The notes beneath the pieces were generated by a model. The model was not told the origin of the DNA. It saw only the letters and a program-made list of their open reading frames with translations, and did no database searches. Below are positions 53,689 to 64,000 of a stretch of DNA of 64,000 bases, piece after piece. Both the position numbers and the translations under genes were made by a program. Source of the stretch: Candidatus Latescibacterota bacterium (GTDB taxonomy: Bacteria > Latescibacterota > UBA2968); NCBI GenBank assembly GCA_965207885.1, contig OZ242311.1, positions 4,992,001 to 5,056,000 on the forward strand. The letters are read 5' to 3'. Positions within the stretch are counted from its first letter, which is position 1; each line of letters opens with the position of its first letter.

Positions 53689-54687
53689 ATGTCTTATCGC
53701 ATTGGAATTGTCGGTGCTGGCGGTATCTCGCGTGCTCATGGTCGGGCGGCTGCACAATCTGAACGCGCAGAAATCGTTGCAGTCTGCGATGTCTTGCCCG
53801 AAGCAGTTGAGAGATACCGCGGTGAATTTGACGTCCGAAAAGGTTATACCGATCTCGACCTGATGCTCGACAATGAAAACCTCGACATCGCCATCATCTG
53901 CACATGGGGCCGCTTTCACGCCAGCCTGAGCAATCAAATTGCAAAATCGCAAAAAGTTCGCGCCATCATCTGCGAAAAACCCATCACACAAACCGCTGCA
54001 GAATGCCGAGAAATGGTCGCCTGTGCCAAAGCCAACAATATACTCCTCGCCGAAGCCTTCAAATTTCGCCATCACCCCTTACATCTCAAAACCAAAGAAA
54101 TTCTCGACAGTGGAAAAATCGGAACCCTGGGCAACATTCGCAGCACCTTTTGCACGGGCGTTTCAGACGACCGCCGAAAACCCGAACTCAACTGGCGTTT
54201 CAACAAAGAAAAAGGCGGTGGCGCGGTCTATGATCTGGGTTGTTACAATACCCATCATGCCCGCTTCATTGCCAACGCCGACCCCATCCGCGTCTATGCC
54301 ACGGGAGAATTTGGTCGAGAAGTGGATGAAACGATTATCGCCATCTACGAATTTCCCAATCAGGTCACTGCCCAACTCACATTTAGCTTCAAAATGGCCT
54401 CCTCACAATATTTTGAAATCTCCGGCATCGATGGCATGTTGCGAACAGAACGCGCCTGGAACAACGAAAATCAGCCCACGACCCTTGAGGTCCACACCCG
54501 CGATGGCGTAGAAACCCATGAATTTGAACCCGTCTTTCAATTCCTGAACCAGCTCCATCATCTATGCGATTGCCTCGATACCGGGCAGCCGCACCGCATC
54601 CCGCCCGAAAACAGCATCGGCAATATGAAAACAATGGACGCCATTTACGAGTCCATCAGAACACAACAACCCGTGGACCTTTCTTGA
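53689..54687 (+). CDS. Gfo/Idh/MocA oxidoreductase
   Basis: IGIVGAGGI, ICEKP, GGGAVYDLGCY; AGGAG RBS. Confidence 0.92.
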   Translation: MSYRIGIVGAGGISRAHGRAAAQSERAEIVAVCDVLPEAVERYRGEFDVRKGYTDLDLMLDNENLDIAIICTWGRFHASLSNQIAKSQKVRAIICEKPITQTAAECREMVACAKANNILLAEAFKFRHHPLHLKTKEILDSGKIGTLGNIRSTFCTGVSDDRRKPELNWRFNKEKGGGAVYDLGCYNTHHARFIANADPIRVYATGEFGREVDETIIAIYEFPNQVTAQLTFSFKMASSQYFEISGIDGMLRTERAWNNENQPTTLEVHTRDGVETHEFEPVFQFLNQLHHLCDCLDTGQPHRIPPENSIGNMKTMDAIYESIRTQQPVDLS

Positions 54688-54691
54688 AATC

Positions 54692-55393
54692 ATGAAACTG
54701 CACTATCTCCAGCATGTACCTTTTGAAGGCCTCGGCAGCATTGCATCCTGGGCAAAAGCGCGTCGCGCTCAGATTTCGCGCACACGCCTCTTTGCCGGCG
54801 AGGCATTGCCATCAGCCGATGAAATTGACCTATTGATCGTCCTGGGAGGCCCCATGGGTGTCTATGACGAACGCGACTATCCCTGGCTCATACGAGAGAA
54901 GGACTTTTTGAAACAGGCAATAGATACCGGTACACATATACTCGGCGTCTGTCTGGGCGCCCAACTCATAGCCGACGTACTCGGAGCCAGAGTCTATCCC
55001 AACGACCACAAAGAAATCGGCTGGTTTCCCATTGAAGGCGTGCAAACGCATGAAAAAATCGGGCTGTTACTCGCACAGGCTGGCAAAGTCTTTCACTGGC
55101 ATGGCGATACTTATGAACTCCCCACTGGCGCAACGCACCTTGCCAAAAGCCGTGCCTGTAAGCATCAGGCATTCTCGGTAGGCAATCAGATCCTCGCATT
55201 GCAATTCCACCTGGAAACAACGCCCAACGCAGCCCGGGCATTGGTCGATAACTGTGGGCACGAAATCGTCGAAGCGCCCTATATTCAGCCCCCTCGCGAA
55301 ATACTGACAGATCAACGCGAATTTGAACGCATCAATCGCCTCATGTCAGAATGTCTCGACCTGCTGATACCAAATAAAAAAAGCGACCATTAA
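54692..55393 (+). CDS. Type 1 glutamine amidotransferase
   Basis: GGPMGV, GVCLGAQL, WHGD, QFHLE. Confidence 0.92.
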   Translation: MKLHYLQHVPFEGLGSIASWAKARRAQISRTRLFAGEALPSADEIDLLIVLGGPMGVYDERDYPWLIREKDFLKQAIDTGTHILGVCLGAQLIADVLGARVYPNDHKEIGWFPIEGVQTHEKIGLLLAQAGKVFHWHGDTYELPTGATHLAKSRACKHQAFSVGNQILALQFHLETTPNAARALVDNCGHEIVEAPYIQPPREILTDQREFERINRLMSECLDLLIPNKKSDH

Positions 55394-55428
55394 GGCCGCT
55401 TTCTCCATAGATCAAATTGCAGGTTACC

Positions 55429-56631
55429 TCACTGAGATCCCGTCATCCTCGGCACAGTCCGAAACGCGATTTCCCTCGGATAAAAGAACCCCCGTAACCG
55501 CCCGAGAATCCGCCACTCATTCAAATCCACCACCGTAAGTCCCGGTCCTCCAGCCTGTAGCACAAGCGTTGCAACATAAGCCCGAGATCCATCGGGCGAA
55601 ACCCCGAGTATCGTCGAATCATTCCCCAATCGCAATGTGCGAACAATCAAATTGTGCTCCACATCAATTTCCAACAACACGCCCACTGCGCTTACGTACA
55701 ATAACTTTTTATCGGGCGAAAACTCTGCGCCAAACGAACCCTCCTGATCAATCTGAAGCGCACCCACCACCTGATTGGTATTGAGATCTAAAACAGAAAT
55801 CACACCGCGACTATAATTTGTTACATAAGCGCGCGCACCATCCTGCGTAATTGAAATCTCTAACGGAATATCACCGATAACTATCCTCGCTGTAACCGTC
55901 ATCGTTGTCAGATCCACAACGACCACATTTCGATCGGTTTGATTTGCCACATACAACGTTGTGCCATCGGGCGAGAGCGCGACATCAATTGGTCGATTGC
56001 CCACCAGGATAGAATCTATGGTAACGCCATTCACCACATCCACCACGCGAACCAAGTCCTGCACTTGATCGGCCACATAAGCCCGCGTCTGATCGGGACT
56101 CAGCACCGCTTTCCCCCGCGATTCAACAGGCACGCTAAACTCCACCTGATGGCGCGTGTCCATCTTGAAAAATCCAAACACCTCCGCCACATAAATCGAC
56201 TGCTGATCCGCAGACACTATAACTCCACCCGGACCGCGATAGGGCAGATAATCGATTATCAGATGTGAATCGGAATCCAGTGCCATCACCGAACTATCAT
56301 CTATGTCCGCCACATAAATAATATATCGATCTCCGCTCGGCTCAGCAGGTGTCTGCGATTCACCATAAGAAGCACTAAATGCCAAAAAATCGTTAAAATT
56401 CGTGACCCCGTCTTCATTCAAATCCGTGCGAGGATCATAACTCTCAACCTCAGGGTCCGCATTAAAATTATTGACAAAATGCAAAAAATCGGTAAACGTC
56501 ACCTTGCCATCGCCATCAAAATCCGATCCCATAGGGCCGTTAGCCACCCAAAACACGCGCGTTTCAGCCCGCAGTTCCTCTCCGTTCAGGGCCATAAGCA
56601 TACACAGCACAGCGCAAAAGCGTAAATTCAT
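55429..56631 (-). CDS. Secreted YVTN/YncE beta-propeller protein with N-terminal dockerin-like domain
   Basis: Signal peptide; DFDGDGKVTFTDFL..YDPRTDLNEDG..DFLAF; SPDG..LYVAN and AYVTN repeats. Confidence 0.85.
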   Translation of the reverse strand: MNLRFCAVLCMLMALNGEELRAETRVFWVANGPMGSDFDGDGKVTFTDFLHFVNNFNADPEVESYDPRTDLNEDGVTNFNDFLAFSASYGESQTPAEPSGDRYIIYVADIDDSSVMALDSDSHLIIDYLPYRGPGGVIVSADQQSIYVAEVFGFFKMDTRHQVEFSVPVESRGKAVLSPDQTRAYVADQVQDLVRVVDVVNGVTIDSILVGNRPIDVALSPDGTTLYVANQTDRNVVVVDLTTMTVTARIVIGDIPLEISITQDGARAYVTNYSRGVISVLDLNTNQVVGALQIDQEGSFGAEFSPDKKLLYVSAVGVLLEIDVEHNLIVRTLRLGNDSTILGVSPDGSRAYVATLVLQAGGPGLTVVDLNEWRILGRLRGFFYPREIAFRTVPRMTGSQ

Positions 56632-56694
56632 CGGGATAAGTCCTTTCTCAATTGTCGGTAGCCAGTCCGCTCAACGCCACATCCCAAAAGCATA

Positions 56695-57204
56695 TCACTC
56701 CCTATCTCGTTGCCTCTCAAAAACGGACAACAACTCATAAAGCATAACCCCTGCAGCTACAGACACATTTAGAGACACTTTTGTTCCCAACATTGGAATA
56801 TGTACAACGCCGTCGCACAAACACAGTGTCTCGGGACGCACGCCCGTCACCTCATGCCCCAAAATCACAGCCACCGGCCAGCGATAGCAAAAGGTTCGAA
56901 AATCGACACTATCTGGCGTTTGCTCTAATGCAACCACCTGAACACCTTGTGAGCGCAAATCGCCAATTACCTCTTCCGTATCCCGTTCATAATGCCAGGG
57001 CACGGCCTCTTCTGCGCCCAACGCCACGCGACTGATTTCCTTGCGCGGGGGACATCCCGTAAACCCCGTCAAATAAATCCCCGATGCATTAATCCCATCT
57101 GCCGAGCGAAAAATCGCGCCCACATTAAACAGTGAACGAACATTTTCCACAACGGCATAAATGGGATAGCCATCGGGTTTGGAAAGCAAATTCATCAGAT
57201 ACAA
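56695..57204 (-). CDS. TrmH/SpoU family RNA methyltransferase
   Basis: NVRSLFNVGAIFRS, LGHE..G, IPM.G..SLNVSVA. Confidence 0.92.
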   Translation of the reverse strand: MYLMNLLSKPDGYPIYAVVENVRSLFNVGAIFRSADGINASGIYLTGFTGCPPRKEISRVALGAEEAVPWHYERDTEEVIGDLRSQGVQVVALEQTPDSVDFRTFCYRWPVAVILGHEVTGVRPETLCLCDGVVHIPMLGTKVSLNVSVAAGVMLYELLSVFERQRDRE

Positions 57205-57302
57205 AAACGCAAGAAGTAAAAACGCTCTCGCGTCTTACTTCTCGCGTCTCACCTCTCTATTCGGGTCGTTCAATCCAGAAACACACCCATCCTGAAATTC
57301 TT

Positions 57303-57521
57303 CTAATCTATATATCCCGCTTCAGCAGGTGATTCCTGAGATTTTGCGGAACCATTAAAGCGGGTGCGCACCCGTTGAACGGCCTCTCCCAGGCGCGAGC
57401 GCGTATTTCGCCCCGCTTCCGTTCCCAAAAACAATCCCAGAATAGCAAGGCCACCAAGAGCAAGGCCTACAACGAGTCCTACCCAGAAAAATTCGCGATG
57501 CACTTCTTGTCGTCGCCACAT
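57303..57521 (-). CDS. Small membrane protein (YtxH-like)
   Basis: Gly-rich TM helix followed by GRNTR amphipathic segment. Confidence 0.5.
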   Translation of the reverse strand: MWRRQEVHREFFWVGLVVGLALGGLAILGLFLGTEAGRNTRSRLGEAVQRVRTRFNGSAKSQESPAEAGYID

Positions 57522-57690
57522 AACACACTCCTTGGAAATATCTCCCGATTGTTTAACCTACAAACTTAAAATGCCCGTCTAATTTCAACCATACACGACG
57601 CGAAGTCAAGCGGAAATAGGCATTCAGGAGCAGACGAACCGACCGAAACAATTTATAGCGCAAAAAAAAATTATCCCTATTTTAAGGGAC

Positions 57691-58911
57691 ATGCCCAACA
57701 AATGGATGCAAAAACTCGACCGTGCCATTGACGCTCAACGCAAAAAAATTGTACGCGTCCGCCGCGATCTGCACATGTATCCCGAACCCAGCGGTCGCGA
57801 AGTGGAAACCACGCGCTATCTCGTCAAATTATTACAACAGACCGGATGCCATATACAGATGGGTCCCAGAGGCTGTGGCGTTATAGCCGACAACACATTG
57901 GAAAAAACGCGTATAGGCATGCGAGCCGATATCGACGCACTTCGCATACAAGATGCCAAAAACGTGCCCTACCGCAGCCGCGTACCAGGCGTGATGCACG
58001 CCTGCGGACACGATGGTCATACAGCCACCGTGCTCGGTGCTGTTCTGGGCCTTCTGGAATGCGACCGGGTATTGCCGTGGCCCGTACACTGGCGCGCCAT
58101 CTTTCAACCTGCTGAAGAAACCAATCGCGGCGCCAAAGACATGATCGCCTTTGGTGCCCTCAAAAACGTCTGTGGCCTGCTCAGTCTTCACCTCGATCCC
58201 TCGCGTCCAACAGGTACCGTGGGCACACGCAAGGGCGTGCTCACAGCCAATTGTGCCGAAATAGAAATTTGTATCCAGGGCCGAGGCGGACATGCCGCTC
58301 GCCCCCGGGAAACACGAGACCCCATCGTCGCTGCTGCTCAGATTATCACTGCGCTCTATCAATCATTGCCTCGCAATGTAGATACCTACGACCCGATTGT
58401 CATATCAATTGGGCATATCTCTGCGGGCGAAAATCCCAACGTCATACCCGGTCAGGCTCTGCTTCGCGGCACCCTTCGCACTCTCAGTGGCAGTTCTCAA
58501 GCCCATGCCATGGACCACATCCTCAAGATTGCCAATGGCATAGCCAATCTCACCGACACGGAAATCGATGTTCGCTTTCTCACCGGTCCCTCATCGGTCA
58601 ACAACGACCCCACACTCACCAAACTGATCCGCCAAAATGCCATCGATCTATTGGGCCAGACACACGTTCAAACCATCGCCAGACCGAGCATGGGGGGCGA
58701 AGACTTTGCCAATTATCTCGACCATGTGCCCGGCAGCCTGTTTCGCCTGGGATGCATGCCCGCCCGGGGGAGTGCCCCGCCCCTGCATGCACCCGACTTC
58801 GACATCGATGAACGCGCCCTCGTTATAGGTGCCAAAATACTCGCGCGCAGCGTCGTCAACTACTTCGATCCATCGCGAAAAAAGAATGGAGCTTGCCATG
58901 ACCCGACTTGA
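57691..58911 (+). CDS. M20D amidohydrolase
   Basis: LHMYPE, RADIDAL, MHACGHD, FQPAEE, GGHAA, GEDFA. Confidence 0.93.
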   Translation: MPNKWMQKLDRAIDAQRKKIVRVRRDLHMYPEPSGREVETTRYLVKLLQQTGCHIQMGPRGCGVIADNTLEKTRIGMRADIDALRIQDAKNVPYRSRVPGVMHACGHDGHTATVLGAVLGLLECDRVLPWPVHWRAIFQPAEETNRGAKDMIAFGALKNVCGLLSLHLDPSRPTGTVGTRKGVLTANCAEIEICIQGRGGHAARPRETRDPIVAAAQIITALYQSLPRNVDTYDPIVISIGHISAGENPNVIPGQALLRGTLRTLSGSSQAHAMDHILKIANGIANLTDTEIDVRFLTGPSSVNNDPTLTKLIRQNAIDLLGQTHVQTIARPSMGGEDFANYLDHVPGSLFRLGCMPARGSAPPLHAPDFDIDERALVIGAKILARSVVNYFDPSRKKNGACHDPT

Positions 58912-60013
58912 ATTTAATCCCAGTAATCAACCCACCCTCGGCGTGGAAATAGAACTGGCTCTGGTCGATGCCAACACCATGGCTTTGTGCAGCAAAAATG
59001 CCGCGATTCTCAATCGCATTCCCGACGAATATGCCGACAAAATCAAGCCCGAATTGATGCAGTGTTATGTCGAAATCAACACCGATATATGTGAAAGTGT
59101 CAGCCATGTAGAAGCCGACCTCAAGCCCAAACTCCAGACGCTATCCAGCGTGGCGGCCGCCGAGAATGTCCAACTCTACTGGTCGGGCACACACCCATTT
59201 TCCACCTGGCGCGAACAAAAAATCACCCCCAATGACCGATACATGGGCCTCGTCAACCTTCTCCAGGACACCGCCCGACAACTGGTCACATTTGGCCTCC
59301 ACGTACACGTGGGCGTCAACAGCGGCGACAAAGCCATAATGATCTGCGACCGAATACTGCGCTATTTGCCCGTCTTGCTGGCGCTTTCGTGCAACAGTCC
59401 ATTCTGGGAAGGTAGGGTCACGGGCTTGCACTCCTGGCGATCAAAAGTAATGGAGGGCCTCCCCACCGCTGGGCTGCCCCCCTTAATGCGCAACTGGAGT
59501 GAATACGTCTGGCTGATCAACCACCTCATCGACACCGGCTATATCGAATCCATCCGCGAAATCTGGTGGGACGTGCGTCCCCACCACGCATTTGGCACCG
59601 TTGAAGTCCGCATTTGCGACATTCCCGGCACCCTCGAAGACACATTGGGATTGGTCGCACTCGTACAGTGTTTAATTTGCAACCTGTCCGACGAAATCGA
59701 CCGGGGAATCTATCAACACGACAGCCACCCCATGCTCATCCGTCAAAACAAATGGCACGCCTCGCGGTACGGCATCGATGCACAACTGGTCGATTCCACC
59801 TCTCACAACCTAAAATCCGTCCCACAAATAACCGAAGAACTCGTCGAAAAACTGCTCTCCATGGCCGAACAGCTCAATTGCGTACCCTATCTCAAACACG
59901 TCCTCGACATGGCTCACCAACCCACCTGGGCGCAACGGCAAATGGATCTCCTCGCCCTCACTGGCGACCCCACCGAAGTCGTCCGCCGCCTGATTAACGA
60001 ACCATCTTCTTGA
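58898..60013 (+). CDS. YbdK-family carboxylate-amine ligase (glutamate-cysteine ligase 2)
   Basis: LGVEIE, EINT, GTHPF, GLHVHVG, WWDVRP..GTVEVRICD. Confidence 0.92.
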   Translation: MTRLEFNPSNQPTLGVEIELALVDANTMALCSKNAAILNRIPDEYADKIKPELMQCYVEINTDICESVSHVEADLKPKLQTLSSVAAAENVQLYWSGTHPFSTWREQKITPNDRYMGLVNLLQDTARQLVTFGLHVHVGVNSGDKAIMICDRILRYLPVLLALSCNSPFWEGRVTGLHSWRSKVMEGLPTAGLPPLMRNWSEYVWLINHLIDTGYIESIREIWWDVRPHHAFGTVEVRICDIPGTLEDTLGLVALVQCLICNLSDEIDRGIYQHDSHPMLIRQNKWHASRYGIDAQLVDSTSHNLKSVPQITEELVEKLLSMAEQLNCVPYLKHVLDMAHQPTWAQRQMDLLALTGDPTEVVRRLINEPSS

Positions 60014-60416
60014 CCGAATTGCCAACAGACTGCAGAAACTTCACAACTTCTGCGGCTTCCTTGCCTCCCTTTTTAGCATGGATCATCAGCGCAATCCCGT
60101 GTGGTCCCTTTTCATTTACAACCGCTGGATTGTCGTTCACCACCGCCTGTACGATTTCGAGCTTGCCCAGCATGGCCGCCGCAAACAAATCGATACGCGC
60201 ACCCTTGTTCAGCAAAAACTCGGCAATGTCCTTGCGACCCATATGTGCTGCTGCGCCCAGTCCTGTTTCCCAGTCGCCGCCTCCCCAATCCCAGGAAGAA
60301 TTGACGAGTGCCGGTTCTTTCTCAAGCAGCTTTTTTACACTGTCGAAGTCGCCGTGGGCATCTTGGACAAATTGATTGACGAGTTTCGGATCAATAGCAG
60401 AATTATTTTGTGACAT
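59994..60416 (-). CDS. Ankyrin repeat protein
   Basis: ETGLGAAAHMG..IAEFLL..GA, DLFAAAMLG. Confidence 0.85.
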   Translation of the reverse strand: MSQNNSAIDPKLVNQFVQDAHGDFDSVKKLLEKEPALVNSSWDWGGGDWETGLGAAAHMGRKDIAEFLLNKGARIDLFAAAMLGKLEIVQAVVNDNPAVVNEKGPHGIALMIHAKKGGKEAAEVVKFLQSVGNSVKKMVR

Positions 60417-60547
60417 GTTTTCCTTCCTCTCTTGTCGCAGTGCAGTAAAATATTTTGACGATCTGAAAATTCAACAAATTGTAATAACATTTAACTGAGG
60501 ATGCAACGAGAATGAAGAAGAATTTCAGAGGGAGTTGATTCCTCCTT

Positions 60548-61588
60548 TCATTTTTTTACTAATATCTCAATCGCTGTTTCAAAAATGCGATCCGTCCCAC
60601 TTTCCAAAAGCGCGTCCGGCGTCGAAACCCAAACATCGGGTGCAAGGCCAACACCTTCAAAAGGTTCAAAGTTGGAGGTAAACTCTAACCATCTCGGAAC
60701 GCGAGAAGTCCACCCATTGGGCAGTTCACGATACACGGGATTGCCAGAACCCCCTCCCGTTGTATCGCCAACAACCGTGACATGGGGCAAAGTACGCATC
60801 ATAAGCACAAAGGATTCTGCCGCGCTAAAAACGCGACGATTGGTGAGTAAGGCGATTGGTCTGGTAAATGTGATATTGCCTTTGGGTTCAAGATAATCTG
60901 CCTGAAAAGACGTAAAATCGCTGTGATCAGGTCCATTGCGCCATTGGACATGTCGATACAATCGCCTTTCATTTGTAAATCTGCCAGCAATATCCTTTGC
61001 ATTGCGATCATTGCCTCCATCATTGTTGCGGACATCGACAATGAGTCCTTGTATATTGCCCATTTCTCTCAGTGCGATTTCGATGTCGCGTCCCCAATTG
61101 CCACCACTAAAATCGAGAAAACTGCCGATATGCACATATCCAATTTGCTCATCCACCAAGCGATATTGTATCGGACTGTCCGCGACATTTATAGTGAGGT
61201 TCAAATAGTTAATGGCTAAAATCTCGCGGTCATAATTGCGCGGATATTGATCCCACCAGGCAGTGTATGAATAATTTCCCAAAGGCGTGTAAAGATTTAC
61301 ATGCCCATCTCGGAATATTGCGAGCATATTGCTCATAATGAGAAAAAGCTCCTCATCCGTTGTCTGCAATGTGACCTGTGGGCGATAGATGGCATAAACC
61401 GAATCCCAGTCAACGCCTTTGAGTTCAAATGCGGCATAGAGGCGGTCGTATTCTTGCCAGAGGTATTCAAAATTGCTTTCGGGTGTGTTTTCTGGAACAG
61501 AATTGGTAATAGTTCGACTACACCCCATGCACAAGAGAATCAAAATGAGACATATTGACAGACAAGTCTTCACCTCTAAAACCTCCAA
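60548..61588 (-). CDS. S41 family peptidase, probable lipoprotein
   Basis: LCMGC lipobox-like; DVRNNDGG, FSAAESF, VGDTTGG; exact start uncertain. Confidence 0.9.
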   Translation of the reverse strand: MEVLEVKTCLSICLILILLCMGCSRTITNSVPENTPESNFEYLWQEYDRLYAAFELKGVDWDSVYAIYRPQVTLQTTDEELFLIMSNMLAIFRDGHVNLYTPLGNYSYTAWWDQYPRNYDREILAINYLNLTINVADSPIQYRLVDEQIGYVHIGSFLDFSGGNWGRDIEIALREMGNIQGLIVDVRNNDGGNDRNAKDIAGRFTNERRLYRHVQWRNGPDHSDFTSFQADYLEPKGNITFTRPIALLTNRRVFSAAESFVLMMRTLPHVTVVGDTTGGGSGNPVYRELPNGWTSRVPRWLEFTSNFEPFEGVGLAPDVWVSTPDALLESGTDRIFETAIEILVKK

Positions 61589-62328
61589 TTGATCAACGCA
61601 CTCATTTGATCAATGCCGATTTGCACGCTACGCGGTTCGGTATAGCGATAGAGTTGCCCCCAATATTGTATCTGAAAAGACCATCTATTAGAAAGATTAT
61701 GCGTCCAGACGAGATTGTGTTCCACGCTTAAAAATTGATGCAGACTTGTTGTATCGAAGTCTCCGTTTCCACCCATGCCATGGGCATGACGCCATAAGAA
61801 TGCGAGCGCGGGTACAGACAGGCTATAAGATAAAGATGATTGAGATGTCCATTCAAATTGCAATGCGATTGAAGGTTGCACCGAACCTATGAGTTCACCA
61901 AAATATTCACGGCGAGATTGTGAGTAAAATTGTCTGCGAACATGAATAAATGCCTGTTGAACAACCCCCCAAAGCAACCGAATGCGCCCGGGCGATTCAG
62001 ACCTGAAGGATCGGTGATATGCATATCTCACTTGAATGCGCGTTAATTCAACCCTGTGATTGCGCCCTCGGGTAATAGACGATGTGAGCAGCCCAGCATC
62101 CCAAATAAAGGATATATGATGACTGCGTTTGGCATTTTGAGCGCGATATTTGATGAGCCACCCTCGACCATCTCCATTGTACGTAAATGGCGAAGCCAGA
62201 TTGTCCTTGCTACGCATCGCGAACAAACCGAGACCAATACCGAATTGCCGCATATTTTTTGTCTCAGCCTTCACAGATTGCGCGATCAACACACAACCGA
62301 CCAAGACCAAACCAATATATTTCACCAT
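61576..62328 (-). CDS. Putative outer-membrane beta-barrel protein
   Basis: Signal peptide, alternating beta strands, terminal NWRF. Confidence 0.6.
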   Translation of the reverse strand: MVKYIGLVLVGCVLIAQSVKAETKNMRQFGIGLGLFAMRSKDNLASPFTYNGDGRGWLIKYRAQNAKRSHHISFIWDAGLLTSSITRGRNHRVELTRIQVRYAYHRSFRSESPGRIRLLWGVVQQAFIHVRRQFYSQSRREYFGELIGSVQPSIALQFEWTSQSSLSYSLSVPALAFLWRHAHGMGGNGDFDTTSLHQFLSVEHNLVWTHNLSNRWSFQIQYWGQLYRYTEPRSVQIGIDQMSALINWRF

Positions 62329-62367
62329 AAAATTAGATCTCGTGTGTATTGCAAAAGGAGTGAGTTC

Positions 62368-62428
62368 TGGATCGCGGCTAAAGCATGTCCCTGCAATGGT
62401 GTTGAGCAGGGACCCAGGCTGCGATGAC
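62368..62428. repeat. REP/RPE-like palindromic element related to 10785-10814
   Basis: TGGATCGCGGCTAAAGCATG..GCGATGAC with nested GTCCCTGC/GCAGGGAC hairpin. Confidence 0.55.
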
Positions 62429-62486
62429 GGCTTTGTTGGTAGGAATGAGTTAAAGCAAAAAACTTATTCGAAAAACCTCTCACCTT

Positions 62487-64000
62487 TCATCTGCGAATAC
62501 TCTTGACCGCTCCCACATCTTTCCCCCATAAAAGACTCAAACTAAAGCTCAATTCCAGACCGCTGAAATTTTTGCGACCTCTTATTGGCTCCGCAAAATT
62601 TGCAATCAGATGATAGCCCGCGCTTGCGCCGAGCATCAAATACCTTCCGATGGCAAAATCAACACCACCACCGATATAAGCTCCCAAACTGGCTTGAATA
62701 CGACCTTCTTGAACGATCCTCGATGTAGTCAAGTCGAGATTTAGCTTTTCAAGATCAGCCTGAACGTTGACAGTTCGCCCCTCATCGTCTTCTTGCACCT
62801 TAACGCTAACGCCTTCCGCCTCAATATCGACGTTTGGTACATCTCGTCCTATACCAACTTTTTGAGAGGTGTCTGATAAAAAATAGGATCCCGCACTTGC
62901 GACAACATAAGGGCGAAAAGGGGATGGTGCCAGAGGCCAGTAGTACCTTACACCAAAAAGCAGAGGCATAACAACGACGGCATCCTCTGATATGCCTATA
63001 ACACCCACATTTTGCTCGATCTCTGCAATCAACCCAGCCCATCGAACCATCAAAGCCAGATTTTCTTTGAGCTGATAGATATAAGCGACAGCCCCCATCA
63101 CATTCTCTGCACTCTGCTGTACCAATCCGCTCCCTACACTTTGCCGCGCCAATCCGCCTGTGCTGGTAGTAGATCTTCCAACTGGATTCCAATATCCGCC
63201 GCGCAATTCGATCCGAGAGCGCTTTACGCTATATTTAATCCCGCCCCGAGTTGTGGTACGTTCTCGCGCAACAATTTCAAAATCATCTTCGTCAAGTATC
63301 TCGCGCTGTCCCATCGCCAATTCGACCGAAGCTGTAGCCGATTGAATCTCACGGGCCATGTGAACGCGATACGTGCCGGGTTCCAAACCCAACTCAACGC
63401 GCCGTCCAGCGGGCTTGAACAACTCTGCGATCAACTGTCGATTGGCATTTCGAATAAAAAATCGCCCCTGAAGCGACTCCGCCAAAACCAGTCCCGCCGA
63501 CGTTTGTCGCACATCCGTCATCACCACATCGCCCGTACCCGTCATCTTGATATCATAAGCTGGATGCTGTGCCCCTCCTCGTGTGCGTTCCGTGCCCTCC
63601 AATGTATTTTGAAACGCGAAGTGATAGGCTTCATTCAACGTGACGCGCCCATCTCCGGTCACATCTGCTGCACCGCGCAATCCCGACACCAGATAATGCG
63701 AAAAAAATGACGCCCCAATCGCATCCGACTCCTGCGCCGCTTCATCTTCCGAACTCGACGTCAAAAACGCATACCCCCGCATATCCGACGACGCATCCAC
63801 CATAAACGCTTTCTGGCGTCTCCCGCCCTTCAATCGCGTAATCGCACCAGAAGCACAGGCATCCAAAATAGCAATATGCACTTCGGCTTCCATCCTATCC
63901 ATTGCATTGCGTAGGCGTGCGTAGGAAAAAAGCGATTCACCCAGGCGAAGGCCATTTTCATCGGCGTGGCCCGAATAATAGATAATCACCTCTCTCCGCG
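62487..64000 (-). CDS. Caspase-family (C14) protease with C-terminal outer-membrane beta-barrel; 5' end outside window
   Basis: YYSGHA and LDACASG His/Cys dyad; C-terminal PFRPYV..G.Y..GGGVDF..GYH barrel-like strands. Confidence 0.85.
   Translation of the reverse strand, partial: RREVIIYYSGHADENGLRLGESLFSYARLRNAMDRMEAEVHIAILDACASGAITRLKGGRRQKAFMVDASSDMRGYAFLTSSSEDEAAQESDAIGASFFSHYLVSGLRGAADVTGDGRVTLNEAYHFAFQNTLEGTERTRGGAQHPAYDIKMTGTGDVVMTDVRQTSAGLVLAESLQGRFFIRNANRQLIAELFKPAGRRVELGLEPGTYRVHMAREIQSATASVELAMGQREILDEDDFEIVARERTTTRGGIKYSVKRSRIELRGGYWNPVGRSTTSTGGLARQSVGSGLVQQSAENVMGAVAYIYQLKENLALMVRWAGLIAEIEQNVGVIGISEDAVVVMPLLFGVRYYWPLAPSPFRPYVVASAGSYFLSDTSQKVGIGRDVPNVDIEAEGVSVKVQEDDEGRTVNVQADLEKLNLDLTTSRIVQEGRIQASLGAYIGGGVDFAIGRYLMLGASAGYHLIANFAEPIRGRKNFSGLELSFSLSLLWGKDVGAVKSIRR

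Overview
A 64 kb bacterial window with about 45 genes and no rRNA, tRNA or CRISPR array that I can see. The gene mix (five sulfatases, a DUF6785-type transporter, WD40, ankyrin, TPR and YVTN repeat proteins, repeated dockerin-like EF-hand tails) resembles Ca. Latescibacterota or other FCB-group sponge-associated genomes; this is inference only. Housekeeping genes include guaB, nth, comM/yifB, tonB-exbD-exbD-exbB and a TrmH-family methyltransferase. The best candidate novel system spans 43.7-53.5 kb. It has a sigma54 activator whose beta-propeller/Y_Y_Y sensor is fused directly to the AAA+ domain with no membrane span, two homologous sigma54 promoters each with a conserved upstream inverted repeat, and a downstream array of secreted WD40 proteins with hypervariable near-identical repeats and dockerin-like tails. 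An IS4-type element with a 9-bp TSD sits at the predicted start site of the WD40 promoter. Other notable features: a leader-peptide/terminator candidate attenuator ahead of guaB, a DUF1445 gene inserted with a 47-bp duplication, a pair of repeat-fibre paralogs sharing promoter and 5' end, a GxxExxY gene wrapped in short-period hairpin repeats, and a caspase-barrel/S41 cluster. Four genes are interrupted (one TAG, three frameshifts); some of these may be sequencing errors.
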